Below the pieces are notes generated by a model. That model was not told the DNA's origin. It was given only the letters and a program-made list of their open reading frames with translations, and did no database searches. Both the position numbers and the translations under genes were made by a program. Below are positions 24,829 through 27,875 of a stretch of DNA of 27,875 nucleotides, piece by piece (positions within the stretch are counted from its first letter, which is position 1; each line of letters begins with the position of its first letter). Source of the DNA: Candidatus Hydrogenedentota bacterium (lineage in GTDB: Bacteria; Hydrogenedentota; Hydrogenedentia; Hydrogenedentales; SLHB01); assembly GCA_034408725.1 (NCBI GenBank), contig JAWXCN010000263.1, forward strand, positions 1 to 27,875. The letters run 5' to 3'.

Positions 24829-25935
24829 TTACCGGATCGTCTTATCCGTCGCAGGATCGAAGTAGTGGGCCTTTTCCATCGCGACATCTATGACGTGCGG
24901 CGCGTCAACCGGCGGTTCAGTATCAGAATTAATGCGCGCGGTCAGCGTCAGCTTCGCCAACGCGAGATACAGGTAAATTTCCGAACCCATCGGCTCGACA
25001 ACTTCCACCTTTGCATTGATGCTCTTGCCGTCGATCACGGTCTGCGTCGCGTTCTCGGAGAAATTTTCGGGCCGGATTCCAAGGATAATCTTCTTCCCGC
25101 TATACGGTTCCAACGCGGCCCGGTGCGCGGAATCAGTCGTCAAATCCATCGCGCCGTCGGCGCCACGGAAACGCAGTGCGCCGTTTTGCGCATACAACTC
25201 GCCTTCAATCATGTTCATCGGCGGACTGCCGATGAACCCGGCGACAAACTTGTTCACGGGACGGTTGTACAATTCGAGAGGTGTCGCGATCTGCTGGATC
25301 ACCCCGCCCAGCATGACAACAATGCGGTCGCCCATTGTCATCGCTTCGACCTGATCGTGCGTGACATAGATCATGGTCGATTGCAGGCGGTTGTGCAGCT
25401 TGTTGATCTCCGCGCGCATCTGGACGCGCAACTTCGCGTCGAGATTCGACAACGGTTCGTCAAACAGGAAAACCTTGGGATTGCGCACAATGGCCCGGCC
25501 CACCGCCACGCGCTGGCGTTCGCCGCCGGACAATGCCTTGGGCTTGCGATCAAGCAGGTGTTCGATGCTGAGGATTTTCGCGGCTTCGCGCACCCGCTGA
25601 TCAATTTCCGTCTTCGGATACCGGCGCAGCATCAGACCAAACACCATGTTTTTGTAGACCGTCATATGGGGATACAGCGCGTAGTTCTGAAAGACCATCG
25701 CGATATCGCGGTCCTTCGGCGCAACATCGTTGACCACCCGATCCCCAATGCGGATTTCGCCGGAAGAAATATCCTCCAGACCCGCGATCATGCGCAACGT
25801 CGTCGACTTGCCGCAACCCGATGGGCCAACCAGCACGACGAATTCCTTGTCCTCGACGACCAAAGACGCGTCTTTAACCGCATTGACGCCCCCCTGATAC
25901 GTCTTGAAAATATTTTTGAGTTCTACGCGCGCCAT
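24829..25935 (-). CDS. Carbohydrate ABC transporter ATP-binding protein (MalK/UgpC/MsmX type)
   Basis: Motifs GPSGCGKSTT, VFQNYALYPHM, LSGGERQRVA, FDEPLSNLDAKLR, YVTHDQVEAM and C-terminal regulatory domain. Preferred start ATG 25935. Confidence 0.95.
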   Translation of the reverse strand: MARVELKNIFKTYQGGVNAVKDASLVVEDKEFVVLVGPSGCGKSTTLRMIAGLEDISSGEIRIGDRVVNDVAPKDRDIAMVFQNYALYPHMTVYKNMVFGLMLRRYPKTEIDQRVREAAKILSIEHLLDRKPKALSGGERQRVAVGRAIVRNPKVFLFDEPLSNLDAKLRVQMRAEINKLHNRLQSTMIYVTHDQVEAMTMGDRIVVMLGGVIQQIATPLELYNRPVNKFVAGFIGSPPMNMIEGELYAQNGALRFRGADGAMDLTTDSAHRAALEPYSGKKIILGIRPENFSENATQTVIDGKSINAKVEVVEPMGSEIYLYLALAKLTLTARINSDTEPPVDAPHVIDVAMEKAHYFDPATDKTIR

Positions 25936-26058
25936 GGACCGCCTTTCCCCGCAACATCGCCGGAACCCCGGCACAGATTGGATGAATGAGGATACTACGG
26001 TACATGGGGCAGGGTTTCAACCCGCGAAAAGCCCCAGCCTCTTCGAAAGCGTAATAGG

Positions 26059-26087
26059 TTGACTCGAACGAGAACCGGCCCTACCCT
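26059..26087 (+). promoter_or_regulatory. Possible sigma70-like promoter for the SDR gene
   Basis: TTGACT-17-TACCCT, followed by a GGGGGAGGG RBS and GTG at 26109. Confidence 0.35.
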
Positions 26088-26108
26088 AACGTCGGGGGAG
26101 GGACTTCC

Positions 26109-26933
26109 GTGCGCGATATATCGGGCAAGGTCGCATTGGTGACGGGCGCGGGCAGCGGCATTGGCCGCGAAACCGCGCTTGCGTTGGCGCGGGAAGGCGC
26201 TCAGCTCGTTCTCTGCGACATCAACGCGGATTCGCTCGAAGCGGTGCGCGGAGAAATCGACAGAACGTCGAAATGTCTTCTTGCCGAATGCGTCGATGTA
26301 TCGAGCATCGATGCGATGCGCGTGTTTGCGGACAAGGTCCACGCGATTGTCCCGGCCGTAGATATTCTGGTGAACAATGCCGGCGTTGCAGTAGTGGGCA
26401 CGGTCCTTACCACCAGTTACGAAGACTGGCAGTGGATCGTCGGCATAAACCTCTGGGGCGTGATTCACGGCTGCCATCTGTTTACGCCAAAGATGGCCGA
26501 ACGCGGACAAGGCGGCCACGTGGTAAACGTGTCCAGCATGCTCGGTTTCAATCCATCTCCGGACATCGCCAGTTATTCCACGACGAAGTTTGGCGTGTTT
26601 GGCCTATCGCTGTGCATGTCGGAGGACCTGAAAGAGCACAATATCGGCGTATCCGTGATATGCCCAGGCGTGATTAACACGAACATCACCCGCACAGTGC
26701 GCATAACGGGACACGATGACGCAGACGCGTTGCGCGACAAATATGTCGCGTTCTACGGCAAGCGCAATTACGGTCCGGAAAAGGTGGCGCGCGCGATTGT
26801 GCGCGCGATAAAGCGCCGGCAAGTCATCGTTCCGGTTTCGCCGGAGTCATGGGCGGGATACGTGCTCAACCGGATTTGGCCTGGCGGGAACCGCGCGTTG
26901 TGGCACTGGGTGTCGAAACGCGTAAATAAGTAA
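26109..26933 (+). CDS. Short-chain dehydrogenase/reductase (SDR)
   Basis: Motifs TGAGSGIG, LVNNAG, VNVSS, catalytic YSTTK and ICPG. Confidence 0.93.
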   Translation: MRDISGKVALVTGAGSGIGRETALALAREGAQLVLCDINADSLEAVRGEIDRTSKCLLAECVDVSSIDAMRVFADKVHAIVPAVDILVNNAGVAVVGTVLTTSYEDWQWIVGINLWGVIHGCHLFTPKMAERGQGGHVVNVSSMLGFNPSPDIASYSTTKFGVFGLSLCMSEDLKEHNIGVSVICPGVINTNITRTVRITGHDDADALRDKYVAFYGKRNYGPEKVARAIVRAIKRRQVIVPVSPESWAGYVLNRIWPGGNRALWHWVSKRVNK

Positions 26934-26955
26934 AGGAATGCGCGCGTTCCCGCTA

Positions 26956-27109
26956 GTGTCATGAATCCCAAATCCTTGGCAAAGCCACTCGCATAATCCG
27001 ATCTTCAAAGTTAATCCGATCTTCAAAGTCCCCCTTTGAAGGGGGATTTAGGGGGATGTGAGGTCTGATTTCCAAACTTCATATCGAACGAATCTCAAAC
27101 TCAGGACAC
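26956..27109 (+). mobile_element. MITE, IS630-like ends, copy 2 (154 bp, internal 18-bp tandem duplication)
   Basis: C-TA-[GTGTCATGA...TCAGGACAC]-TA-G. The unit taatccgatcttcaaagt is duplicated at 26994-27011 and 27012-27029. Reverse complement of copy 1. Confidence 0.88.
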
Positions 27110-27875
27110 TAGTCTCGCGAGTAGGTCGTACGAAACGACCGAAAGCTCAATGCCACGAACAGGATAACTGTAAAAAGCGACAGTGCTAATGACGCGATCC
27201 AGAAGATCCCTTCGTATTCAATCTGGGTCGGCTGAGGATAAACGACCCATGCCGTCGCAAAATAAGGTGAGAAGAGTCCTGCCCATCGCTCACTCGAGAA
27301 AGAATGTCTGAAAAAGCTTTCGCTGATTGCAAAGAGGATCATCGAGAACCCAATCAAATGCATTGCAGTTACCATAAAAGAAAGCACCAGGGCTGTCGCC
27401 ATGCGCCGGCCCACTACGGAGCAGAACGCCGTCACGCTCCACGACGTGAGCATGCAGGTTCCCAGCATGATCGAACCGTACGCGAGAATGCGCAGCCCAT
27501 CACCTGTCCAAAGTGGATTCACAAAAATGAGCGGCGCCATTCCAATCATGGCCATCGCGACCATGACATACGCCACGCGAAACGACGCCATCAATTTGCC
27601 GGCAGCGACCGTTTCAGCGGTCAACAGCGATACCCGGAGCGCGTCGAGGTTGGCGCGTTCCGCTTCTTTCGCGAAGAGGTTGCCGGTAATCGCAATAAAT
27701 AACATGGGCAGCAGCACCGCCTGCAGATACAGCCATCCGAAAAAAACTTCGAGGGTCGCATGTTCATTGTTGGCCCATGACACCGCGATAAACGTGAGAC
27801 ACGCCGAAAACGAAAGGCCAAAAGGAACGCCCAGGATCAAGAAACCCGGCCATCCTCGCAAAGGAAACTCGAACC
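27109..27875 (-). CDS. ABC-2-type transporter permease (C-terminal part; gene starts beyond the window end)
   Basis: Motif FAKEAERANLDALRVSLLTAETVAAGKL (E.E..TL..L....L.......GK) and about six TM helices. The frame is open past the TTG at 27861 to the window end (FEFP...). Confidence 0.78.
   Translation of the reverse strand, partial: FEFPLRGWPGFLILGVPFGLSFSACLTFIAVSWANNEHATLEVFFGWLYLQAVLLPMLFIAITGNLFAKEAERANLDALRVSLLTAETVAAGKLMASFRVAYVMVAMAMIGMAPLIFVNPLWTGDGLRILAYGSIMLGTCMLTSWSVTAFCSVVGRRMATALVLSFMVTAMHLIGFSMILFAISESFFRHSFSSERWAGLFSPYFATAWVVYPQPTQIEYEGIFWIASLALSLFTVILFVALSFRSFRTTYSRD

Noticed and set aside
24799-25989. 396-aa plus-strand ORF opposite the ABC ATPase
   Set aside because: Antisense shadow of a conserved high-GC gene; it starts inside a REP and has no recognisable motifs.
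15571-27112. Single composite transposon carrying the sucA-SDR block
   Set aside because: Copy 2 has its own complete TA/CTAG duplication, copy 1 sits inside a continuous repeat tract, the cargo has host-like GC, and no transposase is present. Independent insertions are simpler.

Overview
Bacterial, roughly 60% GC chromosomal window. The taxon cannot be fixed from sequence alone; gene and repeat style loosely suggests a Hydrogenedentota/PVC-like organism. Most of it is housekeeping: partial SulP transporter, UbiA-like membrane protein, mitochondrial-type aconitase, DUF885 protein, DprE1/DprE2-like pair, modABC, sucA-sucB-lspA-lpdA, sorbosone/aldose-type dehydrogenase, gltA, an orphan MalK/MsmX-type ATPase, an SDR and a partial ABC permease. 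Five accessory signals stand out. (i) A low-GC patch (~830-3530) carries a GT9 glycosyltransferase and a SAM-methyltransferase-like gene. Its right edge falls inside a convergent gene for a signal-peptide-bearing protein built from phage tail-fibre-like motifs, so this may be a swappable fibre-tip plus surface-modification module. (ii) A decayed BrnT/BrnA-like toxin-antitoxin locus: the toxin is collapsed to its two ends and the antitoxin has a nonsense codon. (iii) Two inverted copies of a ~140-150 bp IS630-like MITE with a REP-like core, one sitting exactly in a stop codon. (iv) A lipoprotein signal peptidase gene wedged inside the 2-oxoglutarate dehydrogenase operon. (v) Many intergenic REP-like palindromes and 6/7/8/9-nt tandem repeats. 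No rRNA, tRNA, CRISPR array, integrase or transposase gene was seen. All family calls come from motif recognition by eye, not database searches.
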